Source of the DNA: Centroscyllium fabricii
Taxonomy: Eukaryota
Assembly: GCA_051313645.2 (NCBI GenBank)
Contig: JBNRSN020000005.1
Coordinates: forward strand, 117,614,001-117,678,000
Direction of reading: 5' to 3'
Length of the DNA: 64,000 bases
Shown: positions 50,111 to 63,654 of the stretch, one piece after another
How positions within the stretch are numbered: position 1 is the stretch's first letter
How the letters are laid out: every line of letters starts with the position of its first letter
Notes under the pieces: model-generated
Seen by the model: the letters and a program-made list of their open reading frames with translations, nothing else
What the model was told of the DNA's origin: nothing
The model's database searches: none
Position numbers and translations under genes: made by a program

Positions 50111-51369
50111 GAGAAGAGGTGGGGAGAAAATAGAATAAAACAAATTAAAACCGGAATTCTAAATGTAACAGGTATGCAAGATAGACTAACCAATAAATCT
50201 AAATTACACGGGGGTGGGGTCTTAGTCAGTCAGGTTATAGGCAGGAAAAGTTATGAATTTACACCAGCAGAGAAAAAATGCTAACCTCTTTACATCCATT
50301 GATGTGTGTGGCAAAAGGATTCAATCCAGAATGTGAAGAGGTAACCTGAAGTGTAGAAGAAAGTTTGTTTTAGAAAAGAAAATTGAACATTGTTAAGGAA
50401 GAGAAACTAATGAATCAAATTTTTGATGCTGCAACAAATTTATATTGGAATTGAAACAAATGATATCTTACATCAAGCAGATGGACATTTTTTTGTTTGG
50501 CATATGGCCATCTTTATACGCTGAACCAAACAATTTTGTTTGAATCTGATAAGGAAAACAGCTCAACTGCATTACAATGAGGTGCAAATTGTATAACATG
50601 TACTGAAGGCAAGTGAAAGTAAAACCTATAGTGCATAAAACCTAGATGTCTTTTCAATACATATGAAATTATCCTGCTGCATTTTAAGTCCTATTCCTGA
50701 GAAAGCCATGGTGATGACTGTATCAGTCACAAATAAAAGGAAACGTTATGAAAATGGTCTGTAACTAAATTTACAGTGACTTGCACTATGAGATTGAAGC
50801 AGAAATAATACAGAATGGTTTAATCTCTCAATGTCTAGATGCAAAATAATAGCTTCTGCCATCGCTTGTAATCTTATTCATTATACATTAAAGAATAATA
50901 GGTTGGTAGTAGGGCAATGGCAATAGACCATGCAAAATACTGAAATCCTTACATAATTTTAATTTGCCATTTGTGTCTTGTCATTCTGCAACATTGTGAG
51001 GAAAGCACGTACTTGCAGTCAATATTTTACATGGAGCTTTCTATGCCTTAAAGGGACACGTAAACAACAGGCTGCTTGGCACAGTATTGAACATGGCAAT
51101 AGACTGCAAATCTGAATGGTTATTTTCAACAAGGCTATTTTCAAACAGCTTAAACACTGCAATTTTTATATACAAGCTTCTATAATGAAGATTACACTGT
51201 TTAAACACTTCAGTTTGGTGTATTGAAGAGTGCAACAGTCCGTTACCATGCTGTGTATACTGTCATTAGTGATAAAAGCTAAGCCTGTTTTAAGTAGTTA
51301 CCATAAACGCTCACCTCCTCACCCTCCTCAGTAGGATGATAATACCACTGTAAATATAACAGATATTTC

Positions 51370-51561
51370 AGTACATAGTGTGTTGGAATAGTTTCACCCC
51401 AGACCTGGAATCAAATCTAGTCCAGACAGAGGAGTATGAAAGAATTCTCATTCTTTTTCCCATGCAAAGGGCTAACTGGAATAAGTTTGGACAGTATCTA
51501 TCCTGTACCCTGTGGACATGAGTTTATAGCATAAATTGACCTCACAGTTGGCACTTACTGG
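51370..51561 (+). mobile_element. LF-SINE-like remnant
   Basis: TTTCACC..TCAAATCTAGTCCAG head and ..GTGGACA..TCACAGTTGGCACTTACTGG resemble the LF-SINE consensus as I recall it. Confidence 0.5.
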
Positions 51562-52668
51562 AAGAAAATATTTTCTAAAATAAATTTTAAGTATAGAATA
51601 GCAAAACCAAACCATAATTATCAGATATGTACAGAAATTGTAACAAAAGCACACACTAGATAGTAAATTCGGAATTTACCAACAAGGCCCACGACTATAA
51701 ATGAGTTAGAGTCATAAAAGATTTATACTCTTACTAAACCCCAGAGAGAGAGTAATCTGATCTCCACACACCAGTGTCAGAGATTGTTTGTTTATCCTTG
51801 TCAATATGCATTACTTTCAAAACCTCTGTACCAGCATTTTCCCCTCAGTGTAAAGTTTTCCCGAAGAAGATTGGTTCAAGTTGAAACATGGGTTATAAAT
51901 AAAGAATTTCTTGCAATGTCCAAAATATACATTTTTCTTTTTGCAAAGTACTAGACTCATCAATAAGACATGTGTTTGGTATGAATTTCCTGTTAATTAT
52001 CACTTGTGCCACAAATTGCTGTTACAAAATTTGGGTCTACACTAATTATTCTGTAAGGCTCAGTGCCAGCATTCTCTTTTGTAAGTGGGCTGCGCGTACC
52101 CTAGGACCAGGAGTTTACCTTTACTGTTTTCTCACACCAGAATGGAATATTTATAATTAACATGAAATGAGTTGTCTCTTGATTTAAGATGCTTTAGTCA
52201 AACTGCCCAATCATTATGCCACAGTTGCACTTTCTTGTAATGTTTATATTGGTCAGGATAACTGTGTGTAGGCTAAAAACAAAAAGTTTTGTTTCCCTAT
52301 GTATATTAGTCAAATGTCTGCCCTAGTAAGAGGTAACTTCCATCTTATTTAAAAAAAAATTTTTATGGCAACATTTTATTCTCAAGCAAATCTCTTTTGT
52401 GTTGCAGAAAAGCCTATGGTACAATGTTCCTATTTTTACCAATCTAAACAAATAAGTAGATGTGCACACTAAGTGATGAAACTTCAGTAGAAAGCGTGAA
52501 TAGACTATTTGTTCATGTTTAGAGATTTGTACCCTCAAAAGTAAGAAAAACCATCTGATTTTCTTTGATACGGCATTGTTAAAGGTCACTAATTGTGAAC
52601 TACTGGAAGCATCCCTTAGCTGCATAGTGACACTGAAAAGTGAGCATTTTACTCCAGGTCAGACCTAG

Positions 52669-53434
52669 GGGATGACTTTAACCTTGGAGTCAGGACTACA
52701 ACTTTCGGGCTTGTAGTCCCGCCTCCAGCGAGATGCGGCCAATCCACGCGATTTTCACTTGATTGACCTTGTTGAGCCCACCCAGTGGGCTCAGCAGGCC
52801 AATTAAGGGCCACCCGGCAACAGGTGATGTCACAGACTGAAATATCAGTGTTTCACAGCTGTCTTACTTCTAACCTGAGTCCTTCTCCACAGTCTCAGTT
52901 AGAAATCTTACCGGCACAGAAAGCTGCAGGCTGTCACTTTTGACAGATCGCAGACATTTTGCTGGTTAGATGAGGCACTCCCGAAGCCTAAAGGAAGGAA
53001 GGCTGGAAAGGTAAGAAAAGGTATGTTAAACTTATTTCATCACTTTAGACACACCAAACACACTTACCTTTGCACTCATGCACACATCACTCATCTGACC
53101 ACTGACATCTCAACTCCTCCAAGTCCTTCAACCCAACGGCCTGGCTCCTCCAACCTGGCGTGGTTTGGAGCTGTCGGGAAACTCACAGTTGAGCGATTAA
53201 AATAGGGATTAGGTTAAAAACTGCCTGTTAACTACCAGTTAACAGGCAGTTAATTGGCACTAATCCCTTCCAGCCTCGGGTAGGCGGATCCCAGTGCGGA
53301 GTGGGTGTCCGCCTCCTTTGAAACTGGCATGGAGGCGGGTTTGGGTGCCGGATGGGTCGGGACCCCTGAATTCGAGATTTTGACCCCCTGCACGCCTCCA
53401 AGCCCGACTCCACGGCTCAGTTAAAATCGAGGCC
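52669..53434. mobile_element. Harbinger-type MITE
   Basis: GGGATGACTTTAAC / GTTAAAATCGAGGCC; TAG TSD; shares blocks with 60392-61153. Confidence 0.75.
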
Positions 53435-56400
53435 TAGTTGGATCAATTTTCAACTTTGCCCGCCCCACATCAGGAAGATCTGGGCTGAGCAGAGGTTAGA
53501 ATTCCAGTGGCTCCCCACCGATTGCCAAAATATAAGATGATGATACACAACACTGGGACAGGCTTTAGAAGCAGGAACCACGTAACTCAATTAACTTATA
53601 TACTCAGCAGTTCAATATAATCCTTTTACAAGTTCAGAAATGAATTAAAACATGCAACTACACCACAACAGTTGGTCATCATAGTGATCGGGGGGCATTG
53701 AGCTGATCCTTTTTATATTGTATATTTTTAATGTTATCCTGAAGTGCTCCTAAATCATCTTTGGTTTACATTACCTTTAATCACAATTCACATGCATACA
53801 AGCATGCCACCTCTCTCCGATATAGCTGCTTTCAGTCGTGCACAGAAAATGGAACTTAGTTGAGTCCTTCAATGGAGACTGTGTATCCACCTTACACTGA
53901 ATCTTAATGAAAGAAATAAAGCTTCACTCACAGTCGTCAAAAACAATCATTACTCACCCTCTGAGCTCTCTGCTTCTTATTGAGTCTAGGTGAGCTCTGT
54001 GAGCTAGACAAAAGTTTATTTACCAGATTGGCCTCAGTAATAATCAAATAGAAACCAGGTGACTTCATTAAGGTAGAGTTTGTCCATGCCGGAAAGCCAA
54101 TACTGATGGCACTGCTGGCAATTGCAAGATGGAAGTTGGCCGCATCAATCCACAACTATTCATCAATCTATTCTTTGTTTCTTTGCCTTTAACCTGCAAG
54201 AACAAAGAGCAATATCTCCAACTTTTAGCAAAATCAAAAATGTTCTTCCACTACCAGTGTGTATTTAAAAAAAAAAGCTTAGGAAATATATTTTATCATA
54301 AATTATCTACAAAATGAGAAATCATATTTAATTACATTTCCTGTCTCAAACCGTGTGGGTATTTGATGAGAAGAAAAGAAAGTAATTTGCTGCAAATAAT
54401 GAGTGTGTATTCTTTAAATAAGCACTAGAAATTCAAGACGGCATAAAGGTCCTTGAACAGTGGGTAAACATGACCTACTTTTCACCAATATTAGGTTTAA
54501 TGTGAGTAAAGTATTAATAATGCTGGGGCCTTGAGAGGGATTTATAAGTGTTTCAGCTGTCTGTGCACTAGATGGCAGGTTGGTACTGTGTGACAGCCTT
54601 TAGTGAGCTTTGCATTGAACAGGCAAACTTTGTTCTGTATATATTTAATCATGAAAGAAACATAATGGGAATCAGCAACTGGACTTAGCTGCTAAAGTTC
54701 TTTAGATCTGTTACTTCAAACCAGAAGCCTATTTTATACCAGATTTTTTCAGTGTGATTTAAGGTGTTATATGACGGTATCTCCATCTGTGCAGTTTTCA
54801 AAACTTAGCTGCACAGCAACAATCATCGCTGAACGCTTTAATCATCATTTAATAAATAGGATAATTCCATCGAAATTTGGCACCACTTAAACATTTACAT
54901 AAATAATGTAGTAGCGCATAAGTTGTAGGAAGATGCAAGAAAGTTAAAAGTCGCCACTTAAAAAACCCCGAATATTTTATACTCATTTGCCACATTAGAC
55001 CAGATTCACTTAACTCCTTTCCAAACCCCTTCTTTACAACACACATAAAAGCCTGATATTACATTTCTGCGACTGTGGATGTCTAACATTGGGATATACC
55101 TTTTGGCCTTGTGGTGAGTTTAGGCATTTCCTGGACAGGGCACAGTAGAAATTTGTGGCAAAGCCGACACCATGGAGTTAATTCCTCCCTTAATGAAAAA
55201 CGGAAGAACGGCTGTTTTTCTCTGTAATTAACAACTTGCTAAAAAAAAAATCACATTCTCAGAAATTATACCTGTCAAAGCTTCCTGTGATTCTGTTAGC
55301 TGATCACCACTTACATAAAAAACAGGCATTCTCCCATTTGTCGTTAAAAGATAACCCCTAAATGTCCTGGGCTTATACCTCAAGCTAGTAGAACATGAAG
55401 TTTTACTGATGATGGAGGCTGTGAAAAGGCCGTAAAAATTCTTACTCACCCCACTGGATCTAGGAGAGTGTGTGCAAATATGAGTCTTTCATTGGAACAA
55501 AGGGACACAAGATGAAAAATGTAAAAACCATTCTGAAAGACATCTGTTGCTGCTGATTATATAGGAAACCAGTTTTTTCTTTTCGTTACTATCGGGCAAA
55601 AGTTATTTAATAAGCACTTTTGTAATCAATGAGAATATAGCCATTCTGCTAAGATTTCCCTGAAATCTCTCTGTCCTGCAGAATTACATATTCCAAAAAT
55701 GGTCAGAACTGAAGTTCTATGCAGAAAATGCTGGATACCAGGAGTGATTACCCAGCACAAATCTGATCAAGGGATTCAGATGGCGTCATAAGTCATAACA
55801 GCAAAGCTCAAGCAGTTTATATCAGTCAGGAGGACATTAGTGTTTGTATAATTACTTTCACACACCTGTTAGTTTTGTAATACATTGTTATTTTACAGCA
55901 CTAATGTTTTATTTTTAGTTGCCAGTGGATGTCATGGCAGATGTGGTGGCCATCAAATAGTCTAAATGTTCCTTATAGTTTAAGCAGGAGATTATCGATA
56001 GCAATACTGTGGCATAATTGCTGCAAATTTTTCAAAGGGACAATCAACCGTTGATTAATGGAAAATAGCACAACCAGTGTATATATTATGTAATGAATAA
56101 ATTTTAATTTACTGCAATAACATTTTACATCACTTTTGACAAGAAAACACTGATAAGAAATAGTGACTGTTTTTCAAACAAGCGATAATGTGATATTAAT
56201 TAATATAGACTTCAATAAATGTAAAGAATAGGGATGGTGCATCTCAAATCTGCAAGTGCACAAAAATATTGTTGATATTTTGGAATGAACCATTAATGTT
56301 TGAGCAAAAATAATGACCCATCTCAACCACCATCAGGAAGAAAATGAACAAATGTACAGTATTGTGGATGCTATCGGTTTTTGTACTTTGTAGGTCAGTT

Positions 56401-56471
56401 CACAAGTGGGGTATTTTTCATGGCAAACACAGAGTGGCCATTTATGTCATGACAGTACTGGTAAACATATA

Positions 56472-56685
56472 GGGTACGGTAGCATAGTGGTTATGTTACT
56501 GGGCTAGTAACCCAGAGACCTGGACTAATGATCCGGAGAATGTGAGAGTTTGAGAATTTGAATTCAGTTAAAAAAAATCTGGAAATAAGAAGCTGGTAGA
56601 AACCATGAAGCTGTCAGATTGTCGTAAAAACCAAACTGGTTCACTGATGTGCTTTAGGAAAAGGAAATCTATTGTGCTTACCGGG
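56472..56685 (+). mobile_element. tRNA-derived SINE, 3'-truncated
   Basis: GGGTACGGTAGCATAGTGGTTATGTTACT A-box head and a SINE-like body. Confidence 0.65.
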
Positions 56686-56733
56686 TATGACCTATTAATG
56701 TTAATGTGCAGGATAATATTCTTCCAACTTTTA

Positions 56734-57371
56734 GGCCCTGTTTTCCTGTGCTCCAGAAGAGCTGCACCCCCACGAAGGGGGGTCAGAAATGCCTCGTGGG
56801 GGTGCAGCTCGGGTGATTACCAGAAACGTGAATTTCCTGTGCTGATGGGCAAGGGGCTTCAGCTTCCTACCCAGGAAGACTTTGAGCTGCAGATTTCCTG
56901 TGGCAGCTGCTCAAAATGCGTGTGTATCACGTGGGCAAGTCTCTCGTTTGCTGCACATTTAAAAAGCAGTCTTAGAGGGCTGCAGGCAGCTTTGAGAAGT
57001 GAAAAAAACACGTTTAAAGTTAAGTTTTTTTTTATTCCTTTGCAGATATTTGTCTGTGGTCTTTCAGCTTGTAAATGGGTAGGGTTTTTTATTTTTTGGT
57101 GAAAGTGAAAAAAAAACGGGTGTTGAACGCGATGTCAGCAGCTCTGATGGCCATCACAGCTGCAGTCGGGGAGAGGCCCGGGCATGCGCAGCCAAGCACG
57201 GCAGCCATTTTGCGCATGCGCAGACCAGTCGGGCAGTCAGTGAGAGGCCCGGGCATGCGCAGCCAAGCGCGGTGGCCATTTTGCGCATGCGCAGACCAGT
57301 CGACCGGATTTGTTCCGGACGACTTAAGTTTCCGAATTACCGATGTCCGGATTAACGGTGCAGGACCTGTA
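56734..57371. mobile_element. Composite DNA-transposon remnant: Harbinger-like left end, Tc1/pogo-like right end
   Basis: Left end GGCCCTGTTTTCC; right end ..CCGGATTAACGGTGCAGGACCTG|TA; 71-bp tandem pair at 57162-57302. Confidence 0.45.
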
Positions 57372-58726
57372 CTTTATTTTATCAGATACTTGGCTAAAAA
57401 AACATTTACATAAATGGTCTTCAATGAGGTCTTGAGATCATCTTCCTTTCACATTGGATCCCCATGGCTTCAGTGTTGTTTTCAATCTTGTCGATTAAAT
57501 GTGACTGTGGTTATTTGACAAAAGTTTGCCGGCGTGAGTCTTACTGTTTATCAGGCAAAGGTATCCAGACTGCACACTATGCAGTTGCTTCAATCTGACT
57601 TAGATGGGATAATAATTTTAAGAGCTGCATTTTTTTGCTTTGAGATTTATTTTGCTTTAAAAGGTTTTCATTTCATGCGGGTGAAACAGAGGGATTTGAC
57701 TGTATTCATGATAAAAACTGAAGTGATGGCTGTGACACTTCGCTGCAAAATCAGACTGAAATATAGGTTATTATAAGGTTTGATTTCTGGTTGCTAAGTT
57801 CCTGCATTTTGACTGAAAGGTATGTATTTTACTCAGCTTATACAAAAAACAGATTTGTGAAAAATCTCTGAGTAAAGTGCAGGGGAAATTTCACAGTAAA
57901 AATTCAATTTCAAAGTTTACAAAGCAATTTCTATGGACCAGTAAAAATACAGTGACTTATTGTGGCAGTATTAACTGTTCTTTTTCTTTGCTTAACCTTT
58001 CAGAATATGGTCATGGCTTTTTAAAAGCCATTTCAGAAAATAAAACATGACTGAATTTTTTTTTTAATTTAACTAAATAAAATTCTTCATGTAGTGTACT
58101 TTAATCATAATTGTGTTTTGTATTTAGATGAAAGTAATTTAAAACAGCAGGTGTTTAACTGAAGGTTTTGCCACTTAAAGATTAATTTTATCATAAGGAA
58201 TACAATAGTGAATAACTCTAACTTCAATGAAAAATAAGCTTAATAAGACTTTTTAATACAATCCTGATTAGTAACTTACATTCATTGTATCAAAATGTAT
58301 CATTTGACTGATAACTTTTCATTCTGTAATAATGTTGGTAAGGAGGAGCAAGATGATAAAAGTCGCATTAATTTCAAGTTTGAACATTTGATTCTAGGAA
58401 AAAGCAATCTTGAAGCAAGGTTATATTATACAAAGCATTATAGATTAAGTTGATTATGTGATATTTAAATGATGCATTAATCATACCATAGTAAAACAAA
58501 TCCACAATACTGATAAATGTTCTATCTGCTGGTTGTAGAAGTGTGACCTGAAATAATTTGGCAGACTGAGTTTGGGCCCTGCTGCACACAATCCACAGCT
58601 GAAAATTGGCCATTGTCCGCACCTATTGACACATCATTCAGAGCAGCCACAAGTATGGCTGATGTGGGAAATGGAAAATTAGTGGTAAATGTATTTTAAT
58701 TATTCGTAGCGTTTATTGCAGACATC

Positions 58727-59280
58727 TTGACCTCAATATTAAGCCCACCACGACAGGTGGAAGGAGGGATAAACCCTAAAGAACAGGAAACTCATCCCCA
58801 ACCCACCACATATGCGCCCGTTGCTGTTTTTACAGCAGCGGGTAGTGAGGTGTGTGAGTGTTTCATCTTGGAGCTGTCACCCAGATTTCCCAGGGCTCGG
58901 GAAACCCCACAGTGAAATGGAGACAAGAGCTGCTGGCTCCAGAAGGGAAGTGCTTTTTATAGCACTCCTTGTGGGCCATGAGGAGCAGGAGCGCTCTTCC
59001 CGGGGTGCTCAAAGAAAACTTTGGTCTCCCCACTGCCGATCGCAGCCTCTATCTTTCCTTGCTGTGATGGGCGCCCTTCCTCCCCAAGCCCTGATCTGCA
59101 GCTGCCCTGCAGTCAGATTGCCGGCGACCATCCCCAAGTATCGGGAAATGGAAGAAGAAAATTATAACTAGATCCTGCCGTTAAATTCGGCAGTCCCTCC
59201 ATGTCCCTGGCCTCACCAGGCTTCCGCCACTCTACCGCACCCCCCCCCCCCCCCAACACCTTTTCCGCCTCCCTTCAAGA
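58727..59280. mobile_element. Old MITE related to 14472-15392
   Basis: Shared TTTTACAGCAGCGGGT, TTTCCCAGGG.TCGG, GGAGCAGGAGC.CT and CTGCCGTTAA blocks. Confidence 0.65.
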
Positions 59281-60346
59281 GTGTGCTCGCTATCTGTGCT
59301 GTACATACTGGGCAAAGTGTAGTGTGCTGAACAGCTTCCAAACACCCACTGAGGGGATGTGTTTTTCACCACATTACGATGAATATTGAACAGCAACAAA
59401 CTTGCTGTCAATGATTTTTGGTGTATTAATGGCTATTTCAATGCAATAGTTCATTTACGGGTATAAGAAGTGTAATAACTATTATTATCACCAAGTTTTG
59501 GAAATTTGTCAACGTTTTCTCCAGTTGCAAGCAAAAATGTTTTCTTACATTTACATTGTTTTGACAAAAGCACGGGAACTAATCACCGTGCTCGCTGTTT
59601 GTAGCAGACATTTGGTGCTGGGGTTTCTGGCTTCATATACATATCAGAGAGTAAACTCACCGATCCCATGCTCCCAGTGGGGAAGCCTGCTCCGAGAAAG
59701 CATGGGTCGGGAGATAGGGCCATAACAATGTCGTGCCGACTCTGTGATCCATGGTCCCTCTGAATACAGCTCCCTAATGAGAGAATGGGATTGGTGAATG
59801 TACTCTCCAATGTCAGTGTCAGAATCAGGAGCTATCTTGAAATTTGATGACAACTCATTTGATTGTATGGAAAAGGGATAGAATATCGACTTCTTTTCCT
59901 GCTTGTCTACTAGATTCAAACAAGTTGACAGAGAAAGGGGCATTATTGATTTCATGAAAATAGAGTCCTTCAAATTGTGACTCCACTGGGATCATTAACA
60001 AGTAACCCGGTTGTCTTGTCAGGAAAGCCTAAAAGATAACTTTGCTGTTAATGGCAGTGTTTTAGCTATCGCCATTCTACTGGTAGCAATTTAAAGATGG
60101 CAGATCATTTACTTGTCAGTTACAGGTCAATTTCCTATATTCAAAACCAATCAATCAACCACTCAGGACGATTTAGGACTGAAACTATCAGTTAAAAAAA
60201 TTATTGCAAAGAACTTGCACTTTAATTTTGTTACAGATTTTATTTACAGTAGGTCTATATAAGTTCCAGCAAAATAGACAAAGCGGTTCAAGATAGATGC
60301 ATAGTACCAAAGTCTTGAATAAAAACATATAATTTCTTTAATCATT

Positions 60347-61712
60347 GAATCATAAAAATTTACGGCACAGAAGGAGGCCATTCGACTCATCGGGGGCGAT
60401 TTTGTCAATGGGGGCACGTTGGAGGCGGGATTGCTGCTTATCGGGTTTTAGTCCCACCTCCATCGACTTGTGGCCAACCCACACTATTTTTCCTTGATTG
60501 ACCTTGTTAAGCCCACCCAGCAGGCTTAGCAGGCCAATTAAGGGGAAACCGGTTACAGAGAACATCATTGACAGATGAACTATTCTAGTTTTTTCTCTGT
60601 TGTTTGGTGAGTTCTTGTACTCAAGGCTCACCAAACCTGTTTTATGAGCAGAAATCAGATGGCTATTGCATCGGAGAATGCAGCAGCCATTCTGTCATCT
60701 CTGCCATTGAGATGCCGGAACCTCTGCATCCCCAACGATTGAAGCCTGCAGGAAGAAACAAAGGGAAGTAAACTTTTTCTATTACTTTTCACTCACCTCA
60801 CATTCTTACCTCTCCACACTTTCATCCATCACTCACCTCCACAGCACACTTTTGGATCCCGCAGACCCACTGCTCGCCTCGCTGATCCTGGCAGGGTTTC
60901 CTGACATTGAGAAGCCCGCACCTATGATGGAAAAATGGGGATAATTCTCTTATCTGCCTGTTAACTACCTGTTAACAGGCAGTTAAGTGGCTGCAATCCC
61001 CTTCCCGCCTCCAGGAGATGGGACCTGGCGCAGGTCAGGTACCCGCCTCCTGGGAAGATGGCACGGAGGTGGGTTGGGAGCGGGATGGGTACCTGCCCCC
61101 AGATTCTGCCATTTTCCCAGCAGTTCCACCTCCCCAGGGCTGGCAAAATCGCCATCATGTCTGTGCCGGCTGAAAAAGAGCTACCCAGCCTAATCCCACT
61201 TTCCAGCTCTTGGTCCATAGCCTTGTAGGTTCCGGCACTTCAAGTGCTTATCCAAGTACTTTTTAAATGTGATGAGCGTTTCTGCCTCTACCACCCTTTC
61301 AGTCAGTGAGTTCCAGACCCCCACCATGCTCTAGGTGAAAAAAGTTCTACTCAACTCCTCTCTAATCCTTCTACCCATTATTTTAAATCTATGTCCTCTG
61401 GTTATTGACCTCTCTGCTAAAGGAAATAGGTCCTTCCTATCCACTCTATCCAGGCCCCTCATAATTTTATACACCTCAATCAAGTCTCCCCTCAGCTTCC
61501 TCCATTCCAAAGAAAACAACCCCAGATTCTCCAATCTTTCCTCAGCTAAAATTCTCCAGTCCTGGCAACATCCTCGTAAATCTCCACTGTACCCTCTCTA
61601 GTGTAATCACATCTTTCCTGTAATGTGGTGACCAGAACTGTGCACAGTCCTCTAGCTGAGGCCTAACTAATGTTTTGTACAGTTCAAGCAAAACCGCCTG
61701 CTCTTATATTCT
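60347..61712 (-). mobile_element. CR1-type LINE 3' end split by a MITE
   Basis: LGLFSLEWRKLRGDLIEVYKIMRGLDRVDRKDLFPL..TRGHRFKI. Confidence 0.9.
60392..61153. mobile_element. Harbinger-type MITE
   Basis: GGCGATTTTGTCA / TGGCAAAATCGCC; ATC TSD. Confidence 0.85.
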
Positions 61713-62051
61713 ATTTCTATTTTATTAATTTATATAGAGAATGGACATTGGACTTGTACAAGATCTCAGTGTAGTCAAAGGGATGCCATCTGTGTAAGGA
61801 CACTGACAGCCACAGACATTATACAGTGTACCATAATTAACATCATTCCAATAATTGTATGCACTTATCTGTAAGCAAACTCTTTAAATGCACAGCAAAA
61901 TCTCACCACTGCAGTACAAGAAGAATAACTCAAAGTGTCAGATATATAATTTTGGTAGTTTTGGAGCTGTAAAGGCATTTTGACATCATTATTAATTACT
62001 AATGGATGACTACAGATTAGCAAACTCAAATATCAGGATGACTGTAATCCA

Positions 62052-62109
62052 GAAAATGCTGGAGAAACTTTATTTTGGATTTCCAGCATCCGCAGTATTT
62101 TGCTATCGT
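62052..62109. mobile_element. Tiny Penelope-like pLTR remnant
   Basis: AAATGCTGGA..TTCCAGCAT inverted bits; exact 14-bp flanking repeat ATGACTGTAATCCA. Confidence 0.55.
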
Positions 62110-62495
62110 ATGACTGTAATCCAAATTAGAGTACATCAATGAGAGGTTTGCAATTTAGCTGAGAATCTTTGCAAATCCAATAATAAATAGTGGTTTGACT
62201 CTCCCTCAAAATCTTCCACCACTCTGTGATACTACTGCTTTTCTAAAGAACCACAGACAACAGGAACAAAAATATAAACACAGGCATCCATAATCTATCA
62301 GCACAAAGAAGTTCAAAGCTGTTTATTTGTGATTCAGTAAGCTAATATTAGTTTGTCAAATTGGCCCCAAGTGAACTAAGACAGTAAATAAACACATGTC
62401 GTTACTGGCTAATTTACAATACATGTCATGTGTTTCAAAATAGACTAACTATCACACTGCTGACTAACTTACATTCACAAAAACCGACTAAGTTT

Positions 62496-63348
62496 AAAAA
62501 AAATTCATTCCTGGGATCTGAGTGCCACTGGCAAGGCCAGCATTTATTGCCCATCCCTAATTGCCCTTCAGAAGGTGGTGGTGAGCCGCCGCCTTGAGTC
62601 CGTGTGGTGAAGGTACTCCCACAGTGCTGTTAGGGATAGAGTTTCAGGATTTTGACCCAGCGCCGATGAAGAAATGACAATATATTTCCAAGTCAGGATG
62701 GTGTGTGACTTGAAGGGGAACTTAGAGGTGATGGTGTTCCCATATGTCTGCTGCCCTTGTCCTTCTATGTGGAAGAGGTCACGGGTTTGGGAGGTGCTGC
62801 CGAAGAAACCTTGGCGAGTTGCTGCAGTGCATCTTGTAGATGGTACACACTGCAGCCACGGTACGCCGGTGCTGGAGGGAGTGAATGTTTAAGGTGGTGG
62901 ATGGGTTGCCAATCAAATGGCCTGCTTTGTCCTGGATAGTATCGAACTTCTTGAGTGTTGTTGGAGCTGCACTCATCCAGACAAGTGGAGAGTATTCCAT
63001 CACACTCCTGACTTGTGCCTTGTAGATGGTGGAAAGCCTTTGGGGAGTCATGAGGCAAGACACTCGCCACAGAATACCCAGCCTCTGACCTGCTCTTGTA
63101 GCCACAATATTTAAGTGGCTGGTCCAGTTAAGTTTTTGCACAATTGTGACCTCCAGGATGTTGATGGTGGGGGATTTGGCGATGGTAATGCTGTTGAATG
63201 TCAAGGGCCGGTGGTTAGACTCTCGTTTGTTGGAGATAGTCATTGCCTGGCACTTGTGTGGTGCAAATGTTACCTGCCACTTATCAGCCCAAGCCTGAAT
63301 ATCATCCAAGTCTTGCTGCATGCGGGCATGGACTGCTTCATTATCTCA
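62496..63348 (-). mobile_element. CR1-group LINE 3' fragment (same family as 18023-19891)
   Basis: QQDLDDIQAWADKWQVTFAPHKCQ..IYKAQVRSVMEYSPLVW. Confidence 0.9.
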
Positions 63349-63654
63349 TTCAGGTGAATCATCAGTATTCTATCTAGAATACTAAACAATTCAACATAAA
63401 TATATAAATATATAGTATTAAGGAAACTCTGGGCAAGTCTTTTGGTTACCATCGTTGTCAAGACCAGAAAGGAACAGATGCTGGTGGTGAGGGGGAGGTG
63501 GCATAGAGACAACTAAATGCTGCCAGATCTCTACCCATTCTCTGCTGTGCACAAATGTATTGTCAGACCATATAACAGGAGATAAGGTACTTTAATGGTT
63601 GAATAAAAGTGGCCAAAATAAACACTTGAAGAAAATAGCATGACATAAGACATG

